This document shows, one piece after another, positions 21,864 through 31,227 of a stretch of DNA of 64,000 nt; the stretch's first letter is position 1; each line of letters begins with the position of its first letter. Origin of the DNA: a bacterium (GTDB lineage Bacteria > Patescibacteriota > Saccharimonadia > Saccharimonadales > SZUA-47). The notes under the pieces are model-generated. The model made no database searches and was not told the origin of the DNA. It saw only the letters and a program-made list of their open reading frames with translations. The stretch lies in the NCBI GenBank assembly GCA_030427125.1, contig JAUHXF010000002.1:12248-76247 (forward strand), given 5' to 3'. Made by a program: the position numbers and the translations under genes.

Positions 21864-22901
21864 ATGAACATCCAACGATTTATTAAGTTAAACACAAGAG
21901 CATTAGCTGTAATTCTATTTGCTGCAACAATAATGTTGGGACTTTTTGGGTACACAACAGCACAAGAAGGTGGTGGAAGTGGAGTCAGCGTATCTCCAAC
22001 ACGGACAGAATTACCAATTTTACCTGGTGATTCCGAAGAAGTTACTATCTCAGTCCGAAACATTACATCAGCCGATATCATTGCAAGACCAGTATTGAAC
22101 GACTTCGAAGCTGATGGTGATGGCGGTAGTCCAAGGCTACTTGGTCCTGACGAGGAATCAGCACAATCTCTTGCAAGTTTCATAAAAGGACTTGACGATG
22201 TGCAGCTGGCCCCAGAAGAGTCAAAAGACATCACGTTCACCGTTGATGTCCCACAAGAAGCATTCCCAGGTGGGTATTATGGAGCAATCCGCTTCCAGGC
22301 AATCCCAGTGAACGAGAGTGGTGAAGAAAACCCAGGTCAGATTTCATTGACTGCAAGCGTTGCGTCATTACTCTTTATCGAAGTTCCTGGTGATATTCTG
22401 GAAGACGTACAGGTTGATTATGTAAAGGCCTTTGTTGGTGAGAACACGGGCAGTATCTTTACCTCAAAGCCTGATTTTGCCGGTGTATCAATCACAAATA
22501 ATGGCGGTAGCTTCATTAAGCCATTTGGTCCTGTTCGGGTTGAGAATTTCAGTGGTGATACTATTCTGACGTACGAAATAAACAACCAAGACCCACGTGG
22601 CAATGTGCTCCCTGATAGCACGCGTACATTCCGTGATCAGCTGCTTGTTCAAGAAACAACAGTCATTAATGGTGAAGAATCGACCGAAGAGTACAATCCG
22701 ATTAAATGGCCAGGTCGCTACAAAATCACTGCAGATGTTTCATACGGAAATGGCGGTGAAATATTCACCGTATCAAGCACATTCTGGTATGTACCGAGTT
22801 GGTTAATTATCGCATTAGTCATCCTTGTTGCGTCACTCATCGGCTTAGGATTCTATCTGTACCGCAAGAATTCAACAAAGACTACTCGTCGACGTAGATA
22901 A
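21864..22901 (+). CDS. DUF916/DUF3324-like (WxL-partner-like) membrane-anchored protein
   Basis: Signal peptide, VSVSPTRTEL...PG, ITFTVDVPQEAFPGGYYGAIRF, NNGG..IKP.G, NVLPDSTR, GRYK, C-terminal TM with basic tail. Confidence 0.7.
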   Translation: MNIQRFIKLNTRALAVILFAATIMLGLFGYTTAQEGGGSGVSVSPTRTELPILPGDSEEVTISVRNITSADIIARPVLNDFEADGDGGSPRLLGPDEESAQSLASFIKGLDDVQLAPEESKDITFTVDVPQEAFPGGYYGAIRFQAIPVNESGEENPGQISLTASVASLLFIEVPGDILEDVQVDYVKAFVGENTGSIFTSKPDFAGVSITNNGGSFIKPFGPVRVENFSGDTILTYEINNQDPRGNVLPDSTRTFRDQLLVQETTVINGEESTEEYNPIKWPGRYKITADVSYGNGGEIFTVSSTFWYVPSWLIIALVILVASLIGLGFYLYRKNSTKTTRRRR

Positions 22902-22915
22902 GTAATTGCACATTA

Positions 22916-22950
22916 CATTAAAGAAGCCCCACAATGGGGCTTTTTTAATG
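22916..22950 (+). terminator. intrinsic terminator
   Basis: cattaaagaagcccca-caa-tggggcttttttaatg: GC stem plus T tract. Confidence 0.85.
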
Positions 22951-23016
22951 GTTGTGCTTTTGGTGCGTCTCCGTTACAATTATAAAGTTATTAATACATA
23001 ACAAAAACAGGTAAAA

Positions 23017-23970
23017 ATGAAAAAATCCCACGTAACGTGGCAGAAAGCCAAGCATCTGTTGGTGGTCGCATCATTTAGCGTCGCCGCATTTTTCTTGGTT
23101 TTAGGAGCCTCACCAACCAGTGCACAGTCCTCAGACCCAGAGCAATCTGGGTCTGTTGGTCTTACGGGCACCATAAGTGCTCCGCCGCCGACAGAAGGGG
23201 CTCGAATTAGCAACCCGAGCAACGGACAGAGCTTTACGGAAGTGCCTGTGCCAGTGCGCGGTTCTTGCCCAACTGGGTTGCTCGTGAAGTTGTTTAAGAA
23301 TAATGTCTTCGCAGGGTCGCAACAATGTGAAAATGGTAGTTTTGCAATCGATATTGACCTATTCACCGGCGAGAACGAGCTTGTAGCGCGTGTTTTTGAT
23401 GATTTAGACCAACCTGGACCAGATTCGAACATTGTCACAGTGAATTTCATAGACAATAGAGCAGGCGCAGGCACACGAGTGAGCGTCACAAGTAATTTTG
23501 CGAAAAGAGGTGTGAATCCCGGTCAGACGCTGACGTGGCCAATAATTATTAGTGGCGGTTCAGGTCCTTATGCAATTAGTGTTGACTGGGGTGACGGCAC
23601 ATCACCAGATCTACTCAGCGAGCCTTTCCCGGGTAATATTGATATTCAGCATATATATGAGGCTGCAGGTGTATATAACATTGTCGTGAAGGTAAGTGAC
23701 AATAATGGCAATGTGGCCTTCTTGCAGTTAGTGGGTGTGGCGAATGGGCCGCTATCGCAGGTTGGACCAGACGGACAGCCTCTGGCGAATGCTGGCCAGG
23801 ATGATAGCATAGAGTTCTTCGCATCAGGCGGTAATACCGTTCTTGTGTGGTGGCCTGCTACTTTGACAATACCGTTTGTTATTACGACCTTCTGGCTTGG
23901 GAAGAAACACATGGTTCGTGTAATGAAGAAACGTATTCAGCAGGGCGAACACCCTTTCGCCGACCTTTAG
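23017..23970 (+). CDS. surface protein with Ig-like and PKD-like domains and C-terminal TM
   Basis: Signal peptide, ISNPSNGQ...VRGSC...GENELVARVFD, ISVDWGDG...HIYEAAGVYNIVVKVSD (PKD-like), TM near the C-terminus. Confidence 0.75.
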   Translation: MKKSHVTWQKAKHLLVVASFSVAAFFLVLGASPTSAQSSDPEQSGSVGLTGTISAPPPTEGARISNPSNGQSFTEVPVPVRGSCPTGLLVKLFKNNVFAGSQQCENGSFAIDIDLFTGENELVARVFDDLDQPGPDSNIVTVNFIDNRAGAGTRVSVTSNFAKRGVNPGQTLTWPIIISGGSGPYAISVDWGDGTSPDLLSEPFPGNIDIQHIYEAAGVYNIVVKVSDNNGNVAFLQLVGVANGPLSQVGPDGQPLANAGQDDSIEFFASGGNTVLVWWPATLTIPFVITTFWLGKKHMVRVMKKRIQQGEHPFADL

Positions 23971-23995
23971 GAATTCTATATACTTTCAGTGCAGA

Positions 23996-24493
23996 TTAGT
24001 CTAAAACTACAATACCCTTGTATTTTGCTATAGTGAGTAGTTTTTCAACATCTTCCTTTATTGCTGAGCAGTCCTTAGGGCTCAAAGGTTTGAAATTATC
24101 ATAGTACCCAGATTCTCTTGGTGGGAAGACCAGCGCCTCCGGAAAAGGTTGAAAGCTAGGGTGGTTAGTTGGGTGTTTTTCATCACTTGTTCTAACGTAT
24201 AAATGTACGTGTAGTTTTGGGTTTGCGGGGTTATTTTTATACGCCCAATTGCCGTTGTCTTGGTAATTGATACGCACCACATCTAAGCCTAATCGTTTTA
24301 ATGCAAGCATTGTCGCCTCTCCTGTTAGCATGGTTAGCTTCATAAGCTCTTCCGCGATAGCAGATGGCATTTCGAATCGATGTACAAAATTTTCTTTGGG
24401 TCGAATAACGATATGACCACCATTTTCTCTCGAATGGTGAGGCTGACTGTGGCTTTCAACAATAAAGTTGGAAGTTTCTAGTATAAGGGGCAT
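23996..24493 (-). CDS. HIT-like hydrolase
   Basis: GGHIVIRPK, INYQDNGNW, LHVHLYVR (histidine-triad-like); ATG at 24493. Confidence 0.7.
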   Translation of the reverse strand: MPLILETSNFIVESHSQPHHSRENGGHIVIRPKENFVHRFEMPSAIAEELMKLTMLTGEATMLALKRLGLDVVRINYQDNGNWAYKNNPANPKLHVHLYVRTSDEKHPTNHPSFQPFPEALVFPPRESGYYDNFKPLSPKDCSAIKEDVEKLLTIAKYKGIVVLD

Positions 24494-24538
24494 ATCAACA
24501 GTATAGACTAACTCTCGCACCTGTTAAAATAAAGTGAT

Positions 24539-25648
24539 ATGACTAAAAAAGTATACGTTGGTTTGTCAGGTGGGGTGGATTCGTCAGTGACGGCTGCTTT
24601 GCTGGTTGAGCAAGGCTATGATGTAACTGGTGTCTATATGAAGAACTGGTCGAAAGATTTGCCCGGTTTCCCATGTCCGTGGAAGGAAGACTATCAGGAT
24701 GCAAAGCGGGTTGCAGTCCGCTTAGGCATACCATTTGAGCTGTGGGATTTTGAGAAGGAGTATTTCGAAAAAGTTGTGCAGTACATGCTTGAAGGGTTTA
24801 AAGCGGGTATAACACCGAATCCTGACATCATGTGTAATCAGGAAATAAAGTTCAAGCTTTTTTACGAATTAGCGATGGAGAAGGGGGCTGACTTCATTGC
24901 TACGGGGCACTATTCTAAAGTGTTAAATGAAGAGACCAAAAGCGGATTTATCTCCGATTTAAATCCGCTTTCACACGGCGGTATGCTTATGAAAGCTGAG
25001 GATGACAATAAAGATCAGACATATTTTCTCTATCGCGTTACTGAGGAAGCGCTCGCTCATACGCTCTTCCCGCTTGGCGACATGACGAAGCCGCAGGTGC
25101 GAGATGAAGCAAAGAAACGAGGATTAATAACGGCAAACAAGAAAGAATCGATGGGTATTTGTTTTGTCGGAAAAGTTGGCATCCGTGAGTTCTTAGAGCA
25201 ATATCTGGCGGACTTTGTGAGAGAACAAGGTCCTGGCGATATCGTTGACCAGCACGGCAAGGTTATTGGAGAGCATGATGGAGCAATTTTCTACACGATT
25301 GGTCAGCGACACGGACTCGACGTTGGCGGTGGGCTGCCGTATTACGTGACAGGTAAGGATATGAAGAAAAACGAAGTCTACGTCACGAATAATATTCAAG
25401 ACGAGAGTCTGTGGTCTGACACAATGAAACTAAGTGAAACCCATTGGATAAATCAACCACCCCAAAAGGACAAAATGTACCAAGTCCGCACGCGCCATCG
25501 CGCTCCACTTGTAAATTGCAAATTTCTTGAAATTACAGCTGATAAAGCTGAAGTTAAACTGGACGAAAAGCTACGGGCACTAACTGCCGGCCAGTCGGCC
25601 GTCTTCTACGATGGAGACGTCTGCATCGGTGGCGGAGTTATCGTTTAG
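24539..25648 (+). CDS. mnmA: tRNA-specific 2-thiouridylase
   Basis: SGGVDSSV, TPNPDIMCN.EIKF, ATGHY, KDQTYFL, ESMGICFVG, YTIGQR.GL, GQSAVFY. Confidence 0.98.
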   Translation: MTKKVYVGLSGGVDSSVTAALLVEQGYDVTGVYMKNWSKDLPGFPCPWKEDYQDAKRVAVRLGIPFELWDFEKEYFEKVVQYMLEGFKAGITPNPDIMCNQEIKFKLFYELAMEKGADFIATGHYSKVLNEETKSGFISDLNPLSHGGMLMKAEDDNKDQTYFLYRVTEEALAHTLFPLGDMTKPQVRDEAKKRGLITANKKESMGICFVGKVGIREFLEQYLADFVREQGPGDIVDQHGKVIGEHDGAIFYTIGQRHGLDVGGGLPYYVTGKDMKKNEVYVTNNIQDESLWSDTMKLSETHWINQPPQKDKMYQVRTRHRAPLVNCKFLEITADKAEVKLDEKLRALTAGQSAVFYDGDVCIGGGVIV

Positions 25649-26319
25649 ATATATTTATAGTCCCAAGAAGCATCTACGAATTGTAATTCAGAATAATCAG
25701 AAATTAATAGTTTATGGATTTTCGTAGCAAGTTCTGATGGTTCGATGGCAATTTTCTTAACTTTTTCTTGCTGCTTCTTAGTTCTACCCTCAAGCAACAA
25801 TGGAGTAAGAACCGGCCCAGGAAATACTTTCTTTACTCTAATATCTTTTCTGGTGAGGGCTAAAATATCTGACATTATAGATGTCGTAGCTTTTGTGATC
25901 GCGTAAAGTCCAGGATCGGGGACTGGTTCTAAAACATATCCTGATGCTATCTGAATCATTGTGCTATGGTTTCCAAGTTTTGGGGCTGCAAATTTCATAG
26001 CGAGCCAATTTGCTTTAACGTTATTATCGAACATGTATTGGAAATCTTCTTCACTTGAGTCAAAGATTGTGCCTCTTCGTATTACCCCAGCAGTTAAAAC
26101 TAAGAGATCAACACGAGAGTCTATCTTTTTGATAGCAGCTTCAATGTCTTCACTCACAGATAAATCAGTTTGGATGAATGTAATCTTGTTGTTTTCAAGC
26201 GGTGGTTTCGTGATATCAAGAATGTAGACCCTCTCAAATTCATCTATCAGAGTTCTGACGATAGAGCTACCAATGACACCACTACCTCCGGTTACAATTG
26301 CAGTTTTTTTATCGCTCAT
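25645..26319 (-). CDS. short-chain dehydrogenase/reductase
   Basis: AIVTGGSGVIG Rossmann motif and YAITK catalytic YxxxK. Confidence 0.88.
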   Translation of the reverse strand: MSDKKTAIVTGGSGVIGSSIVRTLIDEFERVYILDITKPPLENNKITFIQTDLSVSEDIEAAIKKIDSRVDLLVLTAGVIRRGTIFDSSEEDFQYMFDNNVKANWLAMKFAAPKLGNHSTMIQIASGYVLEPVPDPGLYAITKATTSIMSDILALTRKDIRVKKVFPGPVLTPLLLEGRTKKQQEKVKKIAIEPSELATKIHKLLISDYSELQFVDASWDYKYI

Positions 26320-26375
26320 ATTATCAATATAGTATCAAACACCTGAAACTAGGAATAATCTGTTAAAATACAGTT

Positions 26376-26441
26376 ATGAAAATTTCTATTGCAAAGCTAT
26401 ATTCTCAAGGTTCTGCCCGCGCGAATGCCCTAGGGCTGTAG
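26376..26441 (+). promoter_or_regulatory. putative Ala-rich leader peptide (uORF) of alaS
   Basis: ATG..TAG encodes MKISIAKLYSQGSARANALGL (4 Ala); starts 6 nt after TGtTAAAAT and ends 47 nt before alaS. Confidence 0.55.
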
Positions 26442-26488
26442 TGTTTACTTTGCCAAAAATATAGAAATTAACTCTTTAGAAAGACGAT

Positions 26489-28432
26489 ATGAACGCACAA
26501 GATATACGAAACAAGTATTTAAAATTTTTTGAGGAACGAGGGCATACAGTTATCCCGCGGGCTTTGCTGGTTCCGAAAGAAGACGCAACAACTCTTTTCA
26601 CGGGGTCAGGTATGCAGCAATTGATGCCATATCTGCTCGGTCAAGACCACCCAGAGGGTAATCGACTAGTGGATAGCCAAACATGTCTGCGCGCACAAGA
26701 CATTGATGATATTGGCGATAATCGACATACGACCTTCTTTGAAATGCTCGGTAATTGGTCATTGGGTGATTATTTCAAGAAAGAACAGATTCGCTGGTTC
26801 TTCGAATTCCTCGTTGATGAAGTGGGACTAGACCCGAGTCGCATCTACGCAACGTGTTTTATCGGTGATGAGGAAAATGGAATTCCGAAAGACACAACAT
26901 CGGCTGAAATCTGGCAGGAACTATTCAAGGAACGTGGTATCGATGCAAAAGTCGTCGACCTTGGAACAGCTGACAATGGCGACAAAGTCGGTATGCAAGG
27001 AGGTCGGATATTCTACTACGATGATCAAGAAAACTGGTGGAGTCGTGGTGGTGGTATCGCGCAAACACCAATCGGTGATCCATGTGGGCCTGACTCGGAA
27101 GTGTTCTATGACTTTGGTGAGGAGCTTCATGATGAGGCTGAGTGGGGCAAACCACACCCTGCTAATGATTCAGGGCGGTTTATTGAGATAGGAAACCAAG
27201 TCTTCATGCAGTATCAGCGGACTGAAGATGGGTTCGTTGAGTTGCCGAATCAAAATGTTGATTTCGGCGGCGGTCTAGAGCGTATCGCAGCAGCTGCAAT
27301 CGACAGTCCGGACGTATTTAAGGTAAGTGTCTTATGGCCGATCATACAGAAGATTGAAGAACTATCTAACAAGAAGTATGATTTTACGTCAGGTGATTTG
27401 GGTTACGATGAAATGCCAGAATGCTGGCTTGACGACATGAAAGCGATGCGGGTGATTGCAGATCATTTACGTGCTGCAATGTTCCTGGCTGTTGACGGCG
27501 TAAAGCCGAGCAACAAAGAACAAGGCTATGTCATGCGTCGTTTGATGCGACGGGCAATCCTCAAAGCATTTAACCTTGGTATAGAGCAGAACTTCGTACA
27601 AGAAATCGCACCAGTGATCGCTGAATCGTACCGCGCAGATTTCCCTGAACTGGCTGAGAATGAAGAAGAGGTCGTCGCAACGCTTGTCAAAGAAGAGAAA
27701 GCCTTCAAACAGACAATTCGCAAAGGCTTGCGACAGTTCGATCGATTAGCTGAAGATGGTGTGACAGGCGAAGAAGTGTTCACGCTCTACGACACCTATG
27801 GATTCCCAGTAGAGTTGAGCGTAGAAGAAGCCGATAAGCGTGAAATTAAGCTAGATGATAACTGGAAAGAAGCGTTTGATGCAAAGATGCAAGAACAGCG
27901 CGAACGTTCACAGACTGCAGCGAAAGGAACGTTTAAGGGCGGACTTGGTGGACAGACGATGCAACACAAGAAATACCACACAGCAACGCATCTCATGTAT
28001 CAAGCACTGCGTGATGTGCTTGGCGATCATGTCGTCCAGCATGGCTCTAATATCACAGAAGAACGACTGCGTTTTGACTTTTCTCATCCAGAGAAGATGA
28101 CCGACGAAGAGAAGAAGCAGGTTGAAGACATAGTTAACGAGCAGATAGCCAAGGACCTACAGGTATCGTTCGCAGAATATCCGACAGAGGAGGCGACTGG
28201 GCCTCTAGGGGCCCTGGGGCAGTTTGGTGACCGTTATGGAGATGTCGTGAAGGTGTATTCGATGAAAGACGCAGACGAACCAGAAGACAAGCGTCCGTTC
28301 AGCTTTGAAATTTGTGGCGGTCCGCATGTGGACCATACCAAGCAGCTGGCTGAAGACGGTAAGAAGTTCAAAATTACCAAAGAGCAGTCGAGTTCCGCCG
28401 GTATTCGACGTATAAAAGCAGTCTTGAAATAG
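26489..28432 (+). CDS. alaS: alanine--tRNA ligase (short form without C-Ala domain)
   Basis: TLFTGSGMQ, RHTTFFEMLGNWS.GDYFK, CGPDSE, IADHLRA, LYDTYGFP, HTATHL, EICGGPHV; ends after GIRRIKA. Confidence 0.97.
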   Translation: MNAQDIRNKYLKFFEERGHTVIPRALLVPKEDATTLFTGSGMQQLMPYLLGQDHPEGNRLVDSQTCLRAQDIDDIGDNRHTTFFEMLGNWSLGDYFKKEQIRWFFEFLVDEVGLDPSRIYATCFIGDEENGIPKDTTSAEIWQELFKERGIDAKVVDLGTADNGDKVGMQGGRIFYYDDQENWWSRGGGIAQTPIGDPCGPDSEVFYDFGEELHDEAEWGKPHPANDSGRFIEIGNQVFMQYQRTEDGFVELPNQNVDFGGGLERIAAAAIDSPDVFKVSVLWPIIQKIEELSNKKYDFTSGDLGYDEMPECWLDDMKAMRVIADHLRAAMFLAVDGVKPSNKEQGYVMRRLMRRAILKAFNLGIEQNFVQEIAPVIAESYRADFPELAENEEEVVATLVKEEKAFKQTIRKGLRQFDRLAEDGVTGEEVFTLYDTYGFPVELSVEEADKREIKLDDNWKEAFDAKMQEQRERSQTAAKGTFKGGLGGQTMQHKKYHTATHLMYQALRDVLGDHVVQHGSNITEERLRFDFSHPEKMTDEEKKQVEDIVNEQIAKDLQVSFAEYPTEEATGPLGALGQFGDRYGDVVKVYSMKDADEPEDKRPFSFEICGGPHVDHTKQLAEDGKKFKITKEQSSSAGIRRIKAVLK

Positions 28433-28485
28433 TTGCTTTTTATATACCCAGCAGGTACTATTCGACGAAAGATAAGGAAATAAAT

Positions 28486-28710
28486 ATGGGCGTACAAATA
28501 TCACGAACATCTCCTGTTCGACTAGCAGGTCGTTTTAGCCGTAAAGGTCAAGAAATTGTAAGATTTGAATGTAATAGGTGTGAAAAGCCTGCACTTGTAC
28601 CTAATGGCGACTTCGAGGACGGGAATAGTGCTCGTATTCTAGAGCAATTAGGCAGGGCAGGGCTTTGTAGCGGTGTCGTGGACTGTATCGTCTTTGAAGA
28701 GTGTGATTAA
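28486..28710 (+). CDS. small hypothetical protein with CxxC
   Basis: AAGGA RBS; FECNRCEK plus two more Cys. Confidence 0.45.
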   Translation: MGVQISRTSPVRLAGRFSRKGQEIVRFECNRCEKPALVPNGDFEDGNSARILEQLGRAGLCSGVVDCIVFEECD

Positions 28711-28784
28711 TATCACAGAAAAATAGTGATTTGGGGCGTAGTGTTTAGGTAACCTTTAGCAAAATAAAAAAGGTCAACGCATAA

Positions 28785-29561
28785 ATGCCTCCATTCCATC
28801 CTAAGCAAGGTCTAGAAGTTCGCTGTAGTGTAGATGACATCAAAACAGCGTCAATAATGGATGCGCTGTTACTAACTCCAGATGTAGATAAAGAATCCGG
28901 CCGACAGCCGGATTTTTTAGTTGATGACGAAGATTACTTTGAATTTCACCCTCGAACAGTCATGACTATTAATACCGTTGTATACCCAGAAAATATGGGA
29001 GACGTAGAGAGAATGGCTGGTTGTCGTGCAGAATCTCTTCACATAGAATTCCCTAATTCACTGGACGGGCTGCTTGCATGGACAGTAACAATCGAAGGAA
29101 CAGAGTTGCTGCAAGAAGATCAACAACTCGTAACGGGGCCTCCAACTGACGATACAGGCCCTTGGATGTTGATCTCTAATAATATCCATACGCAAAAAAG
29201 TCGACATCTGCAAGGTGCATACAGTGCATTGTCCGATAGAGTCGGTCGCTGGCCAAAAACGAACGAAGAAGCTCAGCAATTGGTTGATGCATGGTCTGCA
29301 GAAAAACTGTTAAGCAGTGGTATTGAGATACCGGGGCTCATGGTTGCTAGTACCGTTGAGATAGGCGCAGTGAAAGATATAGTCGATGGTTTACAGCGGG
29401 ATGGCGTCGACGAGGCAGTCGTGTATAAGGCAGAAGACGCATGGCGAATCATGAGCTATGTCCCTGTCTCGGAGCGGGCTCCTGTTTCAGAGTTGCACGT
29501 CGCATCAGCGAAGACATTCCACTTAGATTTAATGCATGTTGGGGCAGCAGGAGGAGCATAA
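28785..29561 (+). CDS. hypothetical protein (ORFan-like)
   Basis: 258-aa ORF, no motif recognised. Confidence 0.6.
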   Translation: MPPFHPKQGLEVRCSVDDIKTASIMDALLLTPDVDKESGRQPDFLVDDEDYFEFHPRTVMTINTVVYPENMGDVERMAGCRAESLHIEFPNSLDGLLAWTVTIEGTELLQEDQQLVTGPPTDDTGPWMLISNNIHTQKSRHLQGAYSALSDRVGRWPKTNEEAQQLVDAWSAEKLLSSGIEIPGLMVASTVEIGAVKDIVDGLQRDGVDEAVVYKAEDAWRIMSYVPVSERAPVSELHVASAKTFHLDLMHVGAAGGA

Positions 29562-29563
29562 GT

Positions 29564-29851
29564 ATGTATCACGTCATGAACCCTAACGAGGCGAAAGTAT
29601 ATAGCATTGAAACCTTTAGTGATGATTCAAATATGTTAGAGAGCTATCTACGAGGTACGTTACGAGCGGGTATAGTTCCACATGTAGAGCGTCATGATCT
29701 TGGCGTTACGGTTGTAACTCGACTACAAGCAGGCACCAGACATGATTTGGTACGTCTGGGATGTATCGATGATTGTGTAGAGGGTGATTTTACACCAGAG
29801 GCAGATGTTTTGTCGCGCATGGCGCAGTGTAGTATTGCTGCTGGCACATAA
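29564..29851 (+). CDS. hypothetical protein
   Basis: ATG 29564 follows GGAGGAG, 2 nt after the upstream stop. Confidence 0.5.
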   Translation: MYHVMNPNEAKVYSIETFSDDSNMLESYLRGTLRAGIVPHVERHDLGVTVVTRLQAGTRHDLVRLGCIDDCVEGDFTPEADVLSRMAQCSIAAGT

Positions 29852-29926
29852 ACAAACTTCCAAGCTGATAATAATTGTGCTTTACATCTGTTTTATGCAG
29901 ATTGCGCGTGCTACAATAAAACGGAT

Positions 29927-31225
29927 ATGCTAAGCAAACTCGACAAGCTTAAAGAGTCATCTTTGAGCAAGTTAAAAAACCGTTCGTCCAAGAAGGGGCA
30001 GTACATAGTTGCACTTGATATTGGAACAGAGAATGTAAAGGCATTGGTCGGAAGAATCGAAGAAGATGAGGTCAAGATTGTTGGTGTTGGCCGTGCGAAG
30101 CAGGGCCTACAGGATATGCAAGCCGGTGCAATTGCTGATATCACTGCAGTAACCGCAAACTGTAACAATGCTCTGGCTGAGGCCGAGAAGCAAGCTGGTG
30201 TCAGCGCACGAGCGGTCATCATTGGGATTGCTGGCGAGCTGGTAAAAGGAACAACAATCTCGGTCCGCGTGAAGCGTAAAGATTCAAAAAAACCACTTGA
30301 AATAACTGAGGTTGAGAAGATTATCGAGCTCGTGCAAAAAAGAGCATTCCAGCAAGCGAAACAACAAATAGCAGATGAGCTTGGTGGTAAAGAAGTGGAC
30401 ATCCAGCTGGTAAATAGTGCGTTAGTACAGATGGAGATTGATGGCTACAATGTGACTAATCCAGTCGGTTTTCAGGGTAAAGAAATTACTGTTCAGCTCT
30501 ATACAGCTTTCGCACCGATGATTCACATTGGTGCGCTAGAACAGGTTGCTAACCAGCTCGATATGGATTTGTTGGCAGTAGCAGCTGAGCCATTCTCTGT
30601 TGCACGCTCAGTTATTGGTGATAGTGATGATTCAACGCTTAGCGCAATTTTGATGGACGTCGGTGGTGGCACAACAGACATAGCAGTCTTGAACGAAGGT
30701 GGTGTACAAGGGACACATATGTTTGGAATTGGCGGACGTGCCTTTACGCGTGCAATCGCAAAAGAAATGGATATTGATTTCGCTGAAGCTGAACGCCTCA
30801 AAGTAGGGCTCAGCGACGGCACGGCGCCTTCTTCACAGGTAGAAAAAATCGAGAAGTCACTCGAAAAAACAGTAGATGTATGGCGTTCAGGCATAGAGCT
30901 TGCACTTGAAGAGTACGAACAACTAGAGCATCTTCCGCACAATATTATGCTTTGTGGTGGTGGCTCCAGTCTCGAGGAGCTGAAAGAAGAACTCGAAGAC
31001 TCTGACTGGTATCGTGAATTACCATTTGCACGTAAGCCGAGCATTCACTTTATTACACCGGATGCAGTAGTGGGCATAGAGGATACAACAGCAAAACTGC
31101 ATGACCACACCTTTGTGACGGCTATGGGATTATTGCGTGTCGGGCTTGATACAATAGCTCAAAGTGGCGAATCAGCTGGAGATGAAAAGGTAAGCGAAAA
31201 AATAAATCGCTTATTGAGGATTTAG
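29927..31225 (+). CDS. FtsA-like actin-fold ATPase
   Basis: VALDIGTENVKA, AEPF, MDVGGGTTDIAV, GIGG..FT, AERLK, LCGGGS.L; not in a dcw/ftsZ context. Confidence 0.85.
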   Translation: MLSKLDKLKESSLSKLKNRSSKKGQYIVALDIGTENVKALVGRIEEDEVKIVGVGRAKQGLQDMQAGAIADITAVTANCNNALAEAEKQAGVSARAVIIGIAGELVKGTTISVRVKRKDSKKPLEITEVEKIIELVQKRAFQQAKQQIADELGGKEVDIQLVNSALVQMEIDGYNVTNPVGFQGKEITVQLYTAFAPMIHIGALEQVANQLDMDLLAVAAEPFSVARSVIGDSDDSTLSAILMDVGGGTTDIAVLNEGGVQGTHMFGIGGRAFTRAIAKEMDIDFAEAERLKVGLSDGTAPSSQVEKIEKSLEKTVDVWRSGIELALEEYEQLEHLPHNIMLCGGGSSLEELKEELEDSDWYRELPFARKPSIHFITPDAVVGIEDTTAKLHDHTFVTAMGLLRVGLDTIAQSGESAGDEKVSEKINRLLRI

Positions 31226-31227
31226 AT

